A stretch of 64,000 nt of DNA from Antedon mediterranea (GCF_964355755.1 NC_092673.1:21573648-21637647); one strand, 5' to 3'. Counted from the first letter of the stretch, positions 45,653-60,499 are shown. The notes: generated by a model from the letters alone, not told the origin. A program made the numbers and translations.

Positions 45653-46432
45653 AGATGAGGTGCCATAAGACCCTTATCATTGCCATTCCAGATGAGAAAG
45701 CAGAGTAGGAGAAGGGGTTGTATTTAAACTGGAATCAGCGTTCAAGAGAAGTTTTAAGACTTTCTTTTGCAGTAAGACTTTCAATATATCGCACATTGTT
45801 TGATTAAAAGCACATATTGTCATTGACTTGTTGTTTGATTCATAATGCACATATTATTTGTTCATCAAGTTTTTACAAAATTTAATTTCCGTTTTAATAA
45901 CCAGTTATAATAATTAAACTTATGTGATCATAAAGTTATCAATCAGAAGCTTTTGATTTGCGATGACCTATGACATTGGTTGTCAGTCTGGACCTATAGA
46001 ATCCGGCAAAGGTGTCGAAGAATCACCTGAGGCACATGGGCACAATGAAAATATAATTGCTGATTTCTTATAATATAAGAATCAGCATCAACTGTAATTT
46101 GAATATCACAGTAGGGCAATATGCATACAATTAAGAAACAAAAACAATAATTATATCCATGAATGATGGTATCATTTTATTAATAAAAATGAAATACTAC
46201 AATCTCTGTAGATTATTGTTTTAAAAAAAATACTGAACTGAAATAAAAACTAGTGTATATAAACATAGTATGCTTTAGTTTCATTGTAATCTACATTACT
46301 GTATATTATGTTTTATTTGTAAAATTATAGTTTTAATTGTAGAATAGATATAGATAGTTAGTCTACATTTTATTACAATAGAACCGCCTCAAGGACTCAA
46401 CAAAGTATCCCCTAAACTTAGCTGTAGTGTTA

Positions 46433-46628
46433 AGGGCCTTTCACACCTGCTCCGGCACGGTTCCGGTCCGGTCCGGCGACGGCAAATCCAATCGAACGTC
46501 AATGTCTCGTTTTTACGCGGCTACGCGCATATCGATTGGTGCTTGACCGCGTGGAGCGTCATGAAAATGAAACATTAGTGTTCGATTCGCTGGACCGGAA
46601 CCGTGTCGGAACAGGTGTGAAAGGCCCT
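46433..46628. mobile_element. PIF/Harbinger-type MITE
   Basis: TTA|AGGGCCTTTCACACCTGCTCCGGCACGGTTCCGGTCC ... GGACCGGAACCGTGTCGGAACAGGTGTGAAAGGCCCT|TTA; ~37-bp inverted termini and a perfect TTA duplication; CpGs still intact, suggesting a young copy. Confidence 0.88.
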
Positions 46629-46896
46629 TTAAAACATACATATCCGCTTGTTCACTTTATTTAAAAGTGTTCCCTTAATAGAGGTTCCCACTGAATAGAG
46701 GTGTTCAAAAGGAGGAGTTCTACTATTAAAGTGTTATTTGTAAAATTATATTTCAAGAATAAATGTAAATATGGTAACTAAAAGGTGTAATAAACAGTTA
46801 CTTCCTTCTTTACAGATTATTTTTTTAAACGTCGATATTATATAAACAGTTGGTTAAGAAATACATAAACCAGAAATGGTGTTGGTAGTTAAGTGC

Positions 46897-47155
46897 TAGC
46901 TTTACCTGGATAAACCGATAAATACTATATTCTCATTGAAAAGTAGAAATTGAACACTCCTCTCCATAAAATACAGTACAGTCCACAAACCACGCCCTCA
47001 AGTGGGAGCATCCACACAACCCACAATCATCATTTCTTTGATTTGTGGACTGCACCATTTATGGAGAGGGGTGTAATAATAAATTTTCTACTTTTTTTAG
47101 TATATCTCAATCTTTGAGGAGAATATGGCATTTGTCAGTTTATTCAGGTAAGCTA
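46897..47155. mobile_element. Palindromic MITE-like element
   Basis: TAGCTTTACCTGGATAAACCGATAAAT ... ATTTGTCAGTTTATTCAGGTAAGCTA with inner arms ACACTCCTCTCCATAAA / TTTATGGAGAGGGGTGT; the terminus recurs at ~58858 and ~61255. Confidence 0.6.
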
Positions 47156-48408
47156 CTGTAGGCACGAAATAGACTATGTTTATTAAAGAATTTATACGTA
47201 TTTATTGTATAAAAATATACCCCTTCCTTCCTATTTATACAGCTTGTGAGTACACAAAATTAACAATATATAAGTACTTATTTAAAAAGAAAGAAGTAGG
47301 AACTTAGTACAAATCTTGGGAGTCGAGTGCTCTACAAGCTGGATTTTACAACTACCTTGTATAAACCGGCTCATCAGTGATATACAAATATATATTATAT
47401 ATATAAATACTAAGAAAATAGTGTTTAAAATTTATCTTTATATAATTTTATGGAAAACTAGGCAAAATACCTTTCTATGGCAGATACCTGCCCCAGCGAG
47501 CAAAACCTGTAACAAACCATACAAATTCTCTCTCATATAGTTTAGATTTATGGTTGTAAAATGTAATGAAAACTATATTTATAGTACAGTGTTGATGGTT
47601 GCATTAGTATCTTTAAATAATATAAATTCTAATATTAATATAATAATCATGTTGATGCCTATATTTTACTTAAACTTTTATTAAATATATTTGAAAAAAT
47701 GTATAAATATAGTAACGAAAACGATTAATAATACTTCCATACTGTTCTTGACTGTGTTTAGAAGAAATCCATAAAATTAATATTGGTCTAAAAAATGGTC
47801 TAAAATTGCCTAATAATGATTTTGAACTTTTGAATCAGAAAAAAATCTTTAAAAAAGTATGGAGAGAAACAATCATGTTATAGTGGTAGCGTCCTAGACT
47901 ATTATTACAATTTATGAGTGAATAAGCATGCGCTAGAGTTTGTTACGCTCTGGTAGTTTCTAATATTTGGTGTTGTGCAATAATATAACATTATCAGTGA
48001 CATATTATAAATAATGAATGTTTATGAGATGAATGGGGAAAATGTTTTTGTGGATTTCTAATCGCGTATTATTATCCAATACTGCAATGAAGAATATATA
48101 AAAAGCTAACCGTGCAATAGTACGTGCAATCACTGAAATGGGAGAAAATAATGAATGGTATCAACCAATCAAATGGATACACTTATGGTAAGTATGTAGA
48201 AAAATCAACTCAAGTGTCAGGTTCTCTTTTTACACAGTCCAGCATTGCCTTTAGGTTGAGTTGGTTGCATACTGGTCACAATCCAATTCTTTAGTCATTT
48301 GTGACCACTTTATGATGTCAAATAATACATCAAACATTGATAAAATATAATAATGGTACGATAGTATACATTTTCTATATAGAAATTAACAATATAGTAT
48401 TTAAATAT

Positions 48409-51400
48409 TTATTGGGGATCTGCATATAACCCTACTTGATCTTGACCAACGTTGTCATCATCTCTTTTAAACCTGTAGTTGTGCTCAGCTTCTATATAAC
48501 CTGATTCGTCCATACAGACTGGAATTGCTGCTTCTGAATGGTTGGGTAATGTAAGTGTATTGTATTCTGATTCGCCTATACTGGATATCTCTGTAGGGCA
48601 CGGATCCAGCCTGTCATAAGTTGAGTCGTCAAACTGATGTTTTACTTGCACAGGGACAGTCCTTTTTGACATATTGCGTTGAAGATTGTCGTACGTTTGA
48701 TCACTTGCTGGAGGCTGTGCTCTGTTTGCACCAATGTTAGATGTTATTGCAGTTTGTCTCTGAAGCCGATCGTAGACATTAGCATCTGGTGTTTCAGGCT
48801 TGGACATGGAATTAGCATCTTCATATAAACTTTCCTCTGGCTGAGTTATTGGCATTCCTGTGTTTGGATTCTCATACTGTAATTCATTTTGTATATCTAT
48901 AGATGGTTTATTTTTCAATCTTTTATTATCCAATCTGCGTCTGTTTTTCTCTTCTTTTTCTCTTTCTTTCTTTGCTTTTTCCCTCTCCTTCTCTTCCTTT
49001 TCCCTTTCTTTTTCTCTCTCTTTTTCTAACTTTTTCCTGTCTAATTCTGCCTTTTTCAACTCCTTCTTCCTTCTAGCAGCTTCTTTTTTATTAAGTGCTT
49101 CTGCTGGTTCTGGTCCTGTAGTTTGAATATCTAATTCTGAATATGCCTCTGTTGCTTCATTTCTGATACTATAATCTTTGGGTATTTGTGATGCATTCCC
49201 TTTCCATCCATTATTGGATTCTGGAACAACAGTGTAAACAGGGTCTACAGAGTTAGATCTTTGTACATGAGCTTGACCAACATGTGCTTGACCAACATGG
49301 GCTTGACCTACATGGGCTTGACCTACATGGGCTTGACCTACATGTGCTTGACCAACATGTGCTTGACCTATATGTGCTTTACCAACATGGGCTTGACCTA
49401 CATGTGCTTGACCAACATGGGGTTGACCAACATGGGCTTGACCAACATGAGCTTGTCCAGCATGAGCTTGACCATCACGTGTAGCAGTAGTATGTTGAAG
49501 TGTTCTGTCCAGGTGTTTTATAAACGATTGATTTGTAGAAGCTGTTGGATTTTTTTTCCAGTCCTGGTATGTTTTTTTATCAGTATGTGTTTCTAAGGAT
49601 GTAACACGCTGTCTTTCTACAGGCAGCATATCTCTATTTTCATTGATGTAAATATCTGGAGGTTCTTGGTTAGCAGGTTCAAGATAGCCTCTTGCTGGTA
49701 ATGGTGGTTGACTTTCTTCTAAACCTGGTATGTTGCCCATGCTTCCTCTGTTCAAAGTTGATGTGGACATATCTTTAACGTAATATTGAACTTTCTGAAA
49801 GATTTCATTACCCTGAAGAGTATCAAATATTATCTTTCCTGGACCAGGTTCACACCGTCTTCCACCTTCCATCGAAAACGATCCTCGATCCCTTCCATAG
49901 CGCCGAAGAAATTTGTATGGCCACACATGGAGCGGGGCGTTTGTTAGTTTATCGTGAATGGCTAGTCGTTGGATGCCAAGAACTAGATTGTAATCCCCTT
50001 TTAGCTTTAGTCGTTCTGAGAACTCATCTGGCCGTATTGTAACGTGAAAAACTTCATCAACTGAAACACACAATAGAAAGTACATAAATTAACTTTAATG
50101 ATCATATGTTTACATTATGCAAGGTTCAAGTTGTTTCTTAAATACATATTTATTCAATAACATCATTTCATTAATTTTGTAATAATTTCTGTTTATGTTA
50201 GTCTATGAAGGCGTGGTTTGTGGACTGTACCATTAATGGAGAGGTGTAAATTGTTTACTTTTTAAGAAGAATAAACAACAGTTAGTATTGTTGGTTTATA
50301 AGCTAGGGACAAAATAACTTATTAATTAAAATACCTCCATACGAGCTGTATAATGAATTATCTAGCATTCCAGCATCAGCACTGTTGCGACTTATACTTG
50401 AGCTTGGAGATTTTTTATGACTAGTTTGAGGACTCTGTTGCTGTTTTGTACAACCAAAACTCTCCCCGACCTCATTGAATGCGATGCGTCTTAAATCCCC
50501 AATCCATAACTCAAGATCAACCTGTGTGTCTACGGCAAGAAGATGAATCTTTTCATCAAACACCAGTTCAATGACAAACTTTTGTGATTTCTGGGCAACA
50601 GCTTGGCTAATCTTTATACATGCTTTTAAGGAGATTGTATGTTGTGGTTTCTGACCGCCCTTCCTTTGTCCTTCCTTAGCTTCGTACAGTTCCAAACGAG
50701 ACTGTCCTTCTGCACTTTGTTCGTATAATTGGGCATACCGTTTAATCCATTTCTAAACGTTAAGAAAACAATTACTGTGAAAGAATATTTTTTAATAAGA
50801 AGAATATGACAATTTGTGTATTAACACTAAAATTAACAACCCCTATTCTTTTTACTGTGATATTAAAAATATTTTCTTAAAATCATAATTGTCAGAAAAC
50901 CAGGCTTTTGGGATGGCTTTTCCATGGATGTCCACTTTACAAATAGTTTAATGATTACACCCTTTGATAATCCTCCCACCCCACAGTGTAAATAATAATA
51001 ATAATAATAATACCCTGGATTTATATAGCGCCTAATGTTGTGAAACCTCTAAGCGCTGTACATAAACTAATACAAAAAAAAGGAATTCCAACCATGCCAA
51101 AAAAAACCCAAACTGAAGTAAGGGGATATGCCTTCCTCGCTAACTAGGGATCGGTCTAATTGAACCCCGGTCAGCACCAGTTGTGTCTCGGTCATCCCGG
51201 ACTCAGGCGCCTCCTGCCCTACTAAATTAAATCTAAAACAATCTAGGTGGCATGGTAAAGGAGAAAAAAGGGGATTAATATGCCTTATTAAACAAGTAAG
51301 TCTTAAGAAGTCTCTTAAAAAGAGCTACCGTAAAGACATAACTATTATTATATTACTATTGTTTAATTATTAACAAGGAACAATAACAATCCAAACGAAA

Positions 51401-54024
51401 ACAATGAAGGTGGACGACGGAAGAGGGCGAGACGTGCGACGAGTGACCAGGTGACGCACTAAAATGTAAAGACATGTTGGCGTTATAGTATCACTAAAAA
51501 TCTTCTGTTATCAATGTAATTATGTTTATATAGCCAGATCGTAACTTCTTTTGAAGAGGAATAAGCAAATGTTAGTTTTATTTCTACTCACTATTGTTAA
51601 TTGCAAATTGTAACTAAAATAATTGATAACCTTCTTGCATTGTGTCAATAAAAAACCAACTTTATACAAACATAATTACGTTTATTTTCAGATAGTACAA
51701 CCGTGGTAGAAGGCATATGTGAACAATCTTTAAAGATGTATTGTTCCTTCGACTAATTCCAAAAAAATTTGTAAACAAATATTTCGAAAAAAAGTGGGTC
51801 ATTTTGAAGTATCATAATAGTTATTAACTTTCACCAAAAATTAGTCGAAAAAAAAATCATTTAACTGAAATACAGACGTTTTTTTGTTAAAAAAATTACT
51901 TTGACTTCCAGTCAAAGTTTTCGATCAAAACATATCTCATAATGCAACGCGATTGTTTGGCTACTCTGTATGCATAATCATAAAACTTCCTCGCGATCTG
52001 TTTGAAAACACCTTCTCAACCGTGACGAGTTGTAAACAATCCTAATTAGCATCATGCAAAATGCATACTCGTGGTTTGAAATCTTTGTTTACTTTCGCTG
52101 GCGACGATTTTCCAGACGAAATGTAATCAAATTAATTTACCTGTTAATTACGTACACTTGTTGTTTTTGGCTCACATTTTTGACTTAAAGTGAATAAATT
52201 TAATATTACTTTGATATGGCCAATTTAAATTTAGAATATTTTGACATTTATTTTTTGTGTTTCAAGGGACAATACATCTTTAAGTAGTACAATAAATTAT
52301 TTAGAAACCATACGAATATTTACAAAGAAAACCAAGAATATGCACACATTTTACTTAATTCTGAAGCAACCAATGACTTTGTTGTATAGTTTCCATTCTG
52401 AAAATTACATTAAAACAATAATGTTTTATGAATCATTTTTCATGAACAGTTTCTATGTAGTAAATTATGTTTTCACCTCAGAGCATACAATAAGGAAACA
52501 TGCTTCATGATACTGTCATTTTATCTCTATTGTTTTCCTGTAAAAGTTCAATTTGCAGTCTCATATGGTTTTATTAGTTCGTGTATGTTTGTAGTTGCTG
52601 TTGTTATTATAGTAATTATTATCTTAGTGATTGTGCAAATTTCATTTCAATTAGGATCTTTAAACTAAAAAATCACGTTATTTTCTGTGGTGGATCCAGA
52701 ATTTTGAATTACATCCGCCTCGTGATTGTTAAACTTTTACAATATTTTATTAAAGAAAAAACAAATCATTATATTTCGTAACATTGCATATTGCTTCAGA
52801 ACATAGAAATCAATATTCTGCTGAAGGAGAAAGCTGTAATTATACTACAAGTGTACATAACAAGATTAAACTTTGTTTGAACTTTTCAAGATTTTAATCA
52901 AACAGTTGTTATCTACAATAGCATGGCGACTTCCAGTTGTTACAGTGAACAGGAACTAACAAGGAATAAAAAAGAGGATATTAAAGTCAGATCCACATTA
53001 TTTTAGTTTAATAGACAAATAAAATTGTCCAAATTACTCATTTTTAACGTGGCTAACCGTGGGATATAATTGCACCAAACATTTAAGTAGATTAATCATT
53101 TCATGGCAGTAATTTTCATACAAAATATGATCCATGTTGTTGTTTAACCCATATCGCAAACTTGATGTGACCCGGGTGTATACACCCTCTTCTATTCAAT
53201 CGAATTTAAATTTTCTACACAATTTTGCTCCACTTACATACCCCAAAATTGACCATATATGGTAGATTCATCAGGGAATGATAATTAATTAACGACTCCC
53301 TGGTTTCATAAACAAATTAGTTTCAACAAGTTTTCACATAAGGGCCCTTGATTCATGCTTCACACTGGGCTAAAAATGTTCAAAATTTTATTTCACTTTT
53401 TTATTTAGTTTGGGAAGTTGATTAGCTTAAGGGTCAGTTTTCCTGACATATAATGCAATACATTTGACCAATGTCAAGTAAGAGCTCATTGTTATTGGTC
53501 AAATGTCTCTTTATTGTATTGTTTAGTGGAAGCCAGATACTTAAGTACAGGTAATGTGAGCGCCATTGGACAGTATGAACCAGGATACTTATAATACTAA
53601 ACCATTCAACATTTCAAGGTTACGGTGACAATAACTTGTGGTTTTTTTTATCCCATCTAAGTACCGTACACCAAGTTATTAAGTATGCATAAATTGTATA
53701 GGCATGTTCGTTCATAATAGTATTAATAATAAAATATCAATTATTAATCAATAATATTAATGAAGTAGTTTTAGAATGCTGTCTTCATTATTAAGCGTTT
53801 CCAAACACTAAATGAAATTGATGAAAATGTCTATTTAACTACTTTATAAGAAGTTAAAGTTTAAACACATTGCTCCCTTTAACAACACAGGCATATACAC
53901 CAACTCAAGAAGTTAGATCATATGCCCTTCCTTACACACCGGGAAATTACTGCAGTCTTACCTGAACACGACCTCCATGTTTCTTGTAATGAAGGACTCC
54001 TTCCTTAATCAATGAATCGCACAT
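48409..54024 (-). CDS. Docking protein (DOK1/2/3-like; PH + IRS-type PTB + tyrosine-rich tail), 3 exons, 710 aa
   Basis: Exons (-): 54024-53962 MCDSLIKEGVLHYKKHGGRVQ; 50752-50335 KWIKRYAQLYEQSAEGQSRLELYE...ISLKACIKI...LELWIGDLRRIAF...DNSLYSS; 50060-48409 ...WPYKFLRRYGRDRGSFSMEGGRRCEPGPGKIIFDTLQGNEIF... The PTB signature WPYxFLRRYGRD...GRRC is diagnostic of the DOK family. No symbol is given because one-to-one orthology to a vertebrate paralog is not expected. Confidence 0.9.
49264..49473 (-). repeat. Coding 15-bp tandem repeat, 14 x GQAHV
   Basis: 210 nt = 14 units, in frame within DOK exon 3. Confidence 0.95.
50992..51345 (-). mobile_element. L2-type LINE 3' end
   Basis: Minus strand ends FKRLLKTYLFNKAY-stop, then a 3'UTR with TGTACAGCGCTTAGAG...GGCGCTATATAAAT and a (TAT)n tail. 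Confidence 0.7.
51734..52279. mobile_element. Kolobok-like non-autonomous element
   Basis: TTAA|AGATGTATTGTTCC ... GGGACAATACATCT|TTAA; TTAA duplication with purine-purine termini. Confidence 0.75.
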
Positions 54025-57000
54025 TGTTCTGAAGCAAATGTCTGCTAGATCTGACACTTATACTTTCAAAATAAATCACATTTTGTTCGTTTGTTACAAG
54101 TTGTTAGAAGTAGTTACTTACTTAGAACTCAATTACAAACTTACAGGACGTGCGTATCTTTAGTTACTTCCGTGTTTATGAACTGTTTCCGTGTGCGCCC
54201 TCTATTGACTTCATTTTCCGACACAATTTTCGAAATTGAATTTTGTGTTTTTGTTGTTGAGCGAGACGAAAGCTTTGTTGTTTACGAAGTTAGCATGGTT
54301 TTGCTCGATTTATTCATTGCAATTTAAGTGAATAGTCAATCAGAGTATGGTAAGTGACATTTGAAAATATAGCCAGGACATACTTAACTTGTTTTACAGG
54401 CTAAGTTGTCAGAAGTATTTGCAAGGTAGTTTTAAAGTCAGGCCAATGTCCGTCGTTCATAGGCTATGTTTTGTTCAGATTTAAGCGGGGTATTAGCGTG
54501 GTGGTCGATGGTGGGAATGTCAAGCAGGCCTAATGCTAAGGCCTAGCCTTTAAATGCATTTTGTTTTAAATTTATTATATTGTTTGGCATTGACTATAGA
54601 TTGCAAAAGACGGAATCCCAAAAGACTAGTAGATCTTCTAGTAAGTATTATAGTACGTTAGTTTAAATAATTTAGGGTATAATTAATAATTTTTTATTTG
54701 AAATAATTGATGTTATTTTATTTATTTAATGAAGACTCAAATCAAGAGAGTCAGTATCATCATTGATTATCATCATCAGTTGATGTGGTCTACAATACAT
54801 TGCATTGCCTTTTTTTTTTTTTTATATTTTGCAAATTATATTTTTTTTAAATAAAAAGGGTATCATAATCATAGGCCTATGCCTAAATAAAAAAGGAGGA
54901 ATCCTCACCGTAATTCATTTTGGTCGAATGGGAAACTATATGTATATCAAAACGTTTTGTATCACAACACAATCTAGATGAACAATACCACTACCTGGCT
55001 TCATGTCCATCATAACTAAATGGCAACAAAAGCCTACACAATTATAGAGCTGGAAGGGTCACCCTCTATAAACATTGTTTAATTAAAAAAATAAATACAC
55101 ATTTTTTTTTTTAATTTGTCATGTCAATGTTACTAAGAATGGATTTATCTCACGTATTTGTCTTCTTTTAATAATTGTGTAGTTAAAGATAATTCTATAT
55201 CTCTTTTTTGACCGTTTTTTTTTTGTAATAAAATTAGTATAACTTTGTATTGTATAGGTCTTATTAAATATATATATATATATACATTATTCCATTCTGT
55301 AAGGGGCTGGTTTCCCGCTGTTAAAGTAAATAAGATTATGAAATAAATAACAAAAGGTACTGACAATAAAGATCAGTTGAGTTTACTAACATGACTAACT
55401 TCACTTCACCCGATTTCATATCATACTCTGTATGAATATTTTCTAATCTAATAATTAATAGTAAAAAAAAACCAATCTAATATTGGAAATGAATGCGCTG
55501 CTTGCACAGCATTGTCAAATGTTATATACAAATATTTTAAACTTGTTGTTTGTACACAGACAAAGTTAAAAAGCCATGATAATGAACAGACATAAAAAAG
55601 TAACATAGTTTGTGATTTTACCTGGTTAAAGTAGTTATAATTTGTAATAATGAACACTGATGATGGATCTACTGTAGATACATTATTATCTATTATTAAA
55701 AACTAGATACAGACTTCAAAGCCCTCAATGTATTAATAATTCATTAATATAACTTACATTTTTTAGTCTATAGAATTTATTAATGAATATATAATGGCGC
55801 ATTACTGTACAGTGACTCCCATAATTATAATAATGCACTACACTATTAGTGATATCTTAGACACAGTGGACAGCTTGTTCATAGATGTAATGTATTGTAC
55901 AACGCAAAAACTATTAAGAATTACTATGTGTTCAGATTAAGAGCTTTGCAAGTCCACTGTAATTTCAGTAATAAACTAGAGTACTTGTGTATACAGAAAA
56001 GTGTTATATTGGTTGTATTTGGAAATCTTACTATAAATTTTTCAACAAAACCGATGTGGGAAAATTGTTCCCTAATAATGTAATGTTTAACTAATTTTTT
56101 ATAGCAACCTGAATTTTATGTTTTTTGGATGTGTTTTCTAATACTAGTTTTACCACGGAAATATAATATATTATAGTTCCATGGTTTTCCTTCTTATTTT
56201 AGTGTTTTGTACTTGTTTACCCAACATTAATATGCTTACTCCTCCAAGCTGTGACCTGGGATGTTTTTTACATTTTTGTGTTTTTTTTATTTGGAAAGGA
56301 TGATTTTACATATTTATTTTCACAATGTTTATTTAAATTATAATTTATTTTTTATGGAGCTCAGATTTCAATAATTTATAAGATTTTATTTATTTTGTAA
56401 TAATTTGTATTTACTGTATTATATTATTAATTCAAAAGTTAAAAAAAGATCTTTGAAGAACCATGAATCTGTTGGTCCCCAAAGAAACAATTTTTCATCT
56501 TAATATAATGGTTTTCAATACAGTATTCAGATACAATTTTTTTTAATCTCATCATCCGCCAATTGTTTGTATTGACCTGAAATTCAATTCAATTCGTTCG
56601 GTGAATTGATAACTTTGACACTGCCCTTTTTTCTTGCTACCACCGTATGGTCAGACATCTTTACAATCCTCCTCGTCTCTTGTTTATTGTCTTGTTTCAG
56701 TTCCCTTTCATTCAGTAATTGATTATTTGTGTATTATTAGCACACACTGTAGAATAAATAGTTTAAGCTATCCATCATGCTGGAATATGCACTTTATATT
56801 GCAAATTTGTAATTATATAGCATGATGATGAGGATAGAATTCTCTGGAGCAGAGTATCACACTAATAAGAAACTTGTGCTTCATTTAGTCAATAATTTTA
56901 TATTGAATTAATTTAATTCTATTTCTGTTTCATGGTAGACAGATACAGTAGTGTTATGTCTGATACCCTGTACCAGTCATACTGTATCTTCTGTTTTTTT

Positions 57001-60000
57001 GTGCAATTTATCTGTCTTTAACTTTTCACGCCGCGCCTTAAGGCATATTCAAGAGGACGGAATCATTAGCAAACTGTATCACACATGATACTTCGTTCGT
57101 GGCTAAAAACAATTATTTTCGCCGATGTTTTAGACCCTACAGTTCATTTCGAAAGTTAGATTTTCATGCTTCTTTACTACAAAATTGATACAAAATACTA
57201 ACAGGTAATGTATAATTTGTTTGAAAAATATTAAATTTTAATTTGTCATCCTTATCCATATACTGTAGTAGTAGTACTGTAGTACTGTACTGTAATTTGT
57301 AGGCCGGTCACTATGACCTTAGGGAGTAATGCCCCTACCCTAGAATATGTACATTACTATAATTTATGATGATATTTTTGTTCTGTACAGTAGGCCAGAC
57401 TATGTATCAAAAAATCATAATAAATAATTATTTCTGACTGAAGAAAAATTGTTTCTGTTATGTCAAAAAGTCGAGCGGCGTTTTTTGTAAGAAATATTTA
57501 TTGTTTTAAATATCTACTTGTATTATTTCTTTGTACCACATACTGTACAGTACTGTAGTCACAAAGTTGAATTGAACTAAAGCAGTTTTATACAGCAGGC
57601 TGTTTGAATTGAATTTTAGAAAATTGAATAGTCCATCGAGAGTGTTGAACAGCTGAGGTTGGTAGTTTTTGCCTGATTTGGTCCAACCTTCAAGCGTCCT
57701 TTGATCTTGTCGTTTTTGCTCACACTTCATTGCATCTTCATTTTAGTATTTATCTAATTTGAAATCACTCTTTAATCAATTTCAAAGGATGTTGTTACAG
57801 TATTTAATTTTCTGTACAAAAAAAAATAGGGAACCATCCTTGAAGTATTCTTTAAAATGATACTTTAAACTTTAACATTCAAGCTGTACATACTCCTCAG
57901 TTTAGTTTGTTTAACAAATGTGGCAGCAGTGCCCTCATGTTGGCATAATACAGCTTTAAGGATTTTTTAATGATTTATCTATAGGTTTAAATTGTAATTT
58001 GTGTCTTTATAAAAGACTCAGCCTTACTATCTGAGTTTAAATTTTTCTAGCTATAAATTTTTAGTTGACAGTATACTGTACATACAGTAAATGTATAAAA
58101 AAACACCTGTTTATTAAAGACAAATTTTTCAGAATTAAATTACAAGAATTAATATTACTACTCCCTATTTCAAATGATATAATTATTTATGTGAATAAGT
58201 TATATATTAACAATGATTAATTATGAATGGCACTCAAAAGCTGATGATTCATTAAATTGAATATTTAAACAAGCTTACTGGAGTTCTACTACCTTGCTAA
58301 TCGATATTTGCTGCTATTTATATAAATTATATTAAAATTAAAATGAATTATTTATATTACATTACCAAAAGATGGTTATTAGTAATGTTATAACATTTTA
58401 TGTTGGAAACTTGTAAGATTTTTTTATTGAGGATAAATGTTCCTTTTTTCACAAAAAAAAGGAATTTTTAAACTACTATATAGTAATAAATTCATGAAAA
58501 CTGTGTCTGCTTTCATTTAACAAAATTATTGGTTATTCGGCATCAAATCATTACAATCATATTAATTACTAATACTATACTGTAGGTGTACAGTATTAAT
58601 AATAAATGACACAGTAACTGATACCACTTTATTTCAAGTTCATGACAGCCCACAAATCCCAATACTTATCGTCAATGCTAATTAATAGCAATGATTGTTC
58701 AGTATTGATTATATATTATTATGCAGATACTGTAGTAGTTCATTGAAAAGATATGTAAACATTCGCTTTATCCTAACCTGCATAATAATAAGTGCTACAG
58801 ATACAGTACCCAGTACAAAATAACTCCTGTACTCGGTAGTCTATATCGTGCCTACTGTAGCTTACCTGTATAAACCGACAATAGCCCGTGCTCTCCAGAG
58901 GGAGGGCTTAGATACGAAAGTGAAAAGTTACTCGTTGGTAATATTACTGTATAGTTGCATTGTAACTATTGTATAGGTATTGTTTTGTCGTGCTGATAGT
59001 TAAAAATTGAACAAACCGGTTTGGTTGTAGACTGTTCCTGCAGTACTGTAGTTGGCAACTTCACATTCATAATATGACAAGATGATTGAGACGATCTCAA
59101 ATACGTCTGCATCACAGATACTGAATCAAAATACTGAATACAAAGTCTAGTTACTTGTTACTACCTTACAACAACCCCTACTCATGTTAATGCTAATAAC
59201 AGATAATAATATGATTGTAGTTCAAGTATTGATCACAGTTCATTGAATGCCATACTGCCTCTCTAATCAAACTAACTGATTAATATTCACAAGTACGCAA
59301 TACGCATCATCTTAAATTGTCATCTTTATTTACGTTTTTCCCGAATGAATCATCCATTTAGCATCATCTAATTACCTAATATTACATGTTGTTGTTAATT
59401 AACTCAAAACCTTTAATTAATCCAGATTTATGACACTTACTCATAACTGTGCATTGAAGCCTATCGATATCGGGTGTATTGTGTTATTCCCGACTATTGA
59501 CAGAAATCAATATCTGTGTTAGACATAACATTACGAAATCTGTGTGCTTTTTCATTTCATCAACATCAGTACTGTAAACTAACCGTAGTTTTAGTTTTAT
59601 ACTAGATGCAATGTGTTCATTGTGAAATTTCTGTTATAAGCGTCAGTGAAATATCATGTTTTCTCACGTTACTCACTTTATTGCACACTCTGGGATTATT
59701 TTATAGAGAATACTCTCTTATAATTAAAGCTTGCCACTGACAGACTTAGATTATTATCAAGATAGTATGTTTTTGTTTGTTCAGAATGGATTCTTCAAAG
59801 TTTGACAAATTGCAATCACATTTTGTAAGTACTGTATAATTATAATTCCTACACCTCTCAATATAAAGACCATCAATTCGTTGTGATGACTCATCTAGTT
59901 TTATTTCTCGTCAGTTTATATCCTATGGTATTAGAAGTGTTGATACTGAGGTACGTTTTGCATAGCTTCATGCTTTCAAGTACTTTTGTTGCAGATACTC

Positions 60001-60499
60001 AATACGATTTCTAAAAGCAATCAGTGTTTTAATAGCCTATATTCATGTAAAGAAGTATAATCTTATTTTGTAGGCCAATTGTACATGTTTCTTATGATGG
60101 AATCCATATCCATAATAATATAATATTGAAAGAACAATTTGCATTTTATAGAACCGCAATACTTAAAAAACCATGCAAACAATTGTAATTCTAGCGCTTT
60201 TGATGAATGTTTACTTTATCACCCCGTCCTCACAAATAATTTCCTTTAAACAAATGTTTGCATTTTCAAAGAAGAAGTGATATTATAATTAAATAGGCCT
60301 ACTAATATTCTTGATGGCTATTTTTTCTTCTTTTGAGGAAAAATGAACACCCCTGTAAAAATTATGGTCTACAGGCTTGTTTATAATCTTTTACGTATCG
60401 TAAGTGCTATGTTTTCTATTCAAATCATTATAACAGTGTGTAGGCCCATACACTGTGGTGTGAATGGGTGGAGTAGAATAAATAATGGAATAAAACTAA

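Noticed and set aside
48860-49596. Plus-strand ORFs (F/S-rich; LTNMG and DQHGL repeats)
   Set aside because: Antisense shadows of low-complexity parts of DOK exon 3.
56820-56965. Possible C/D-box snoRNA (ATGATGA ... CTGA)
   Set aside because: No terminal stem or recognisable rRNA-complementary guide; such motifs are expected by chance in AT-rich DNA.
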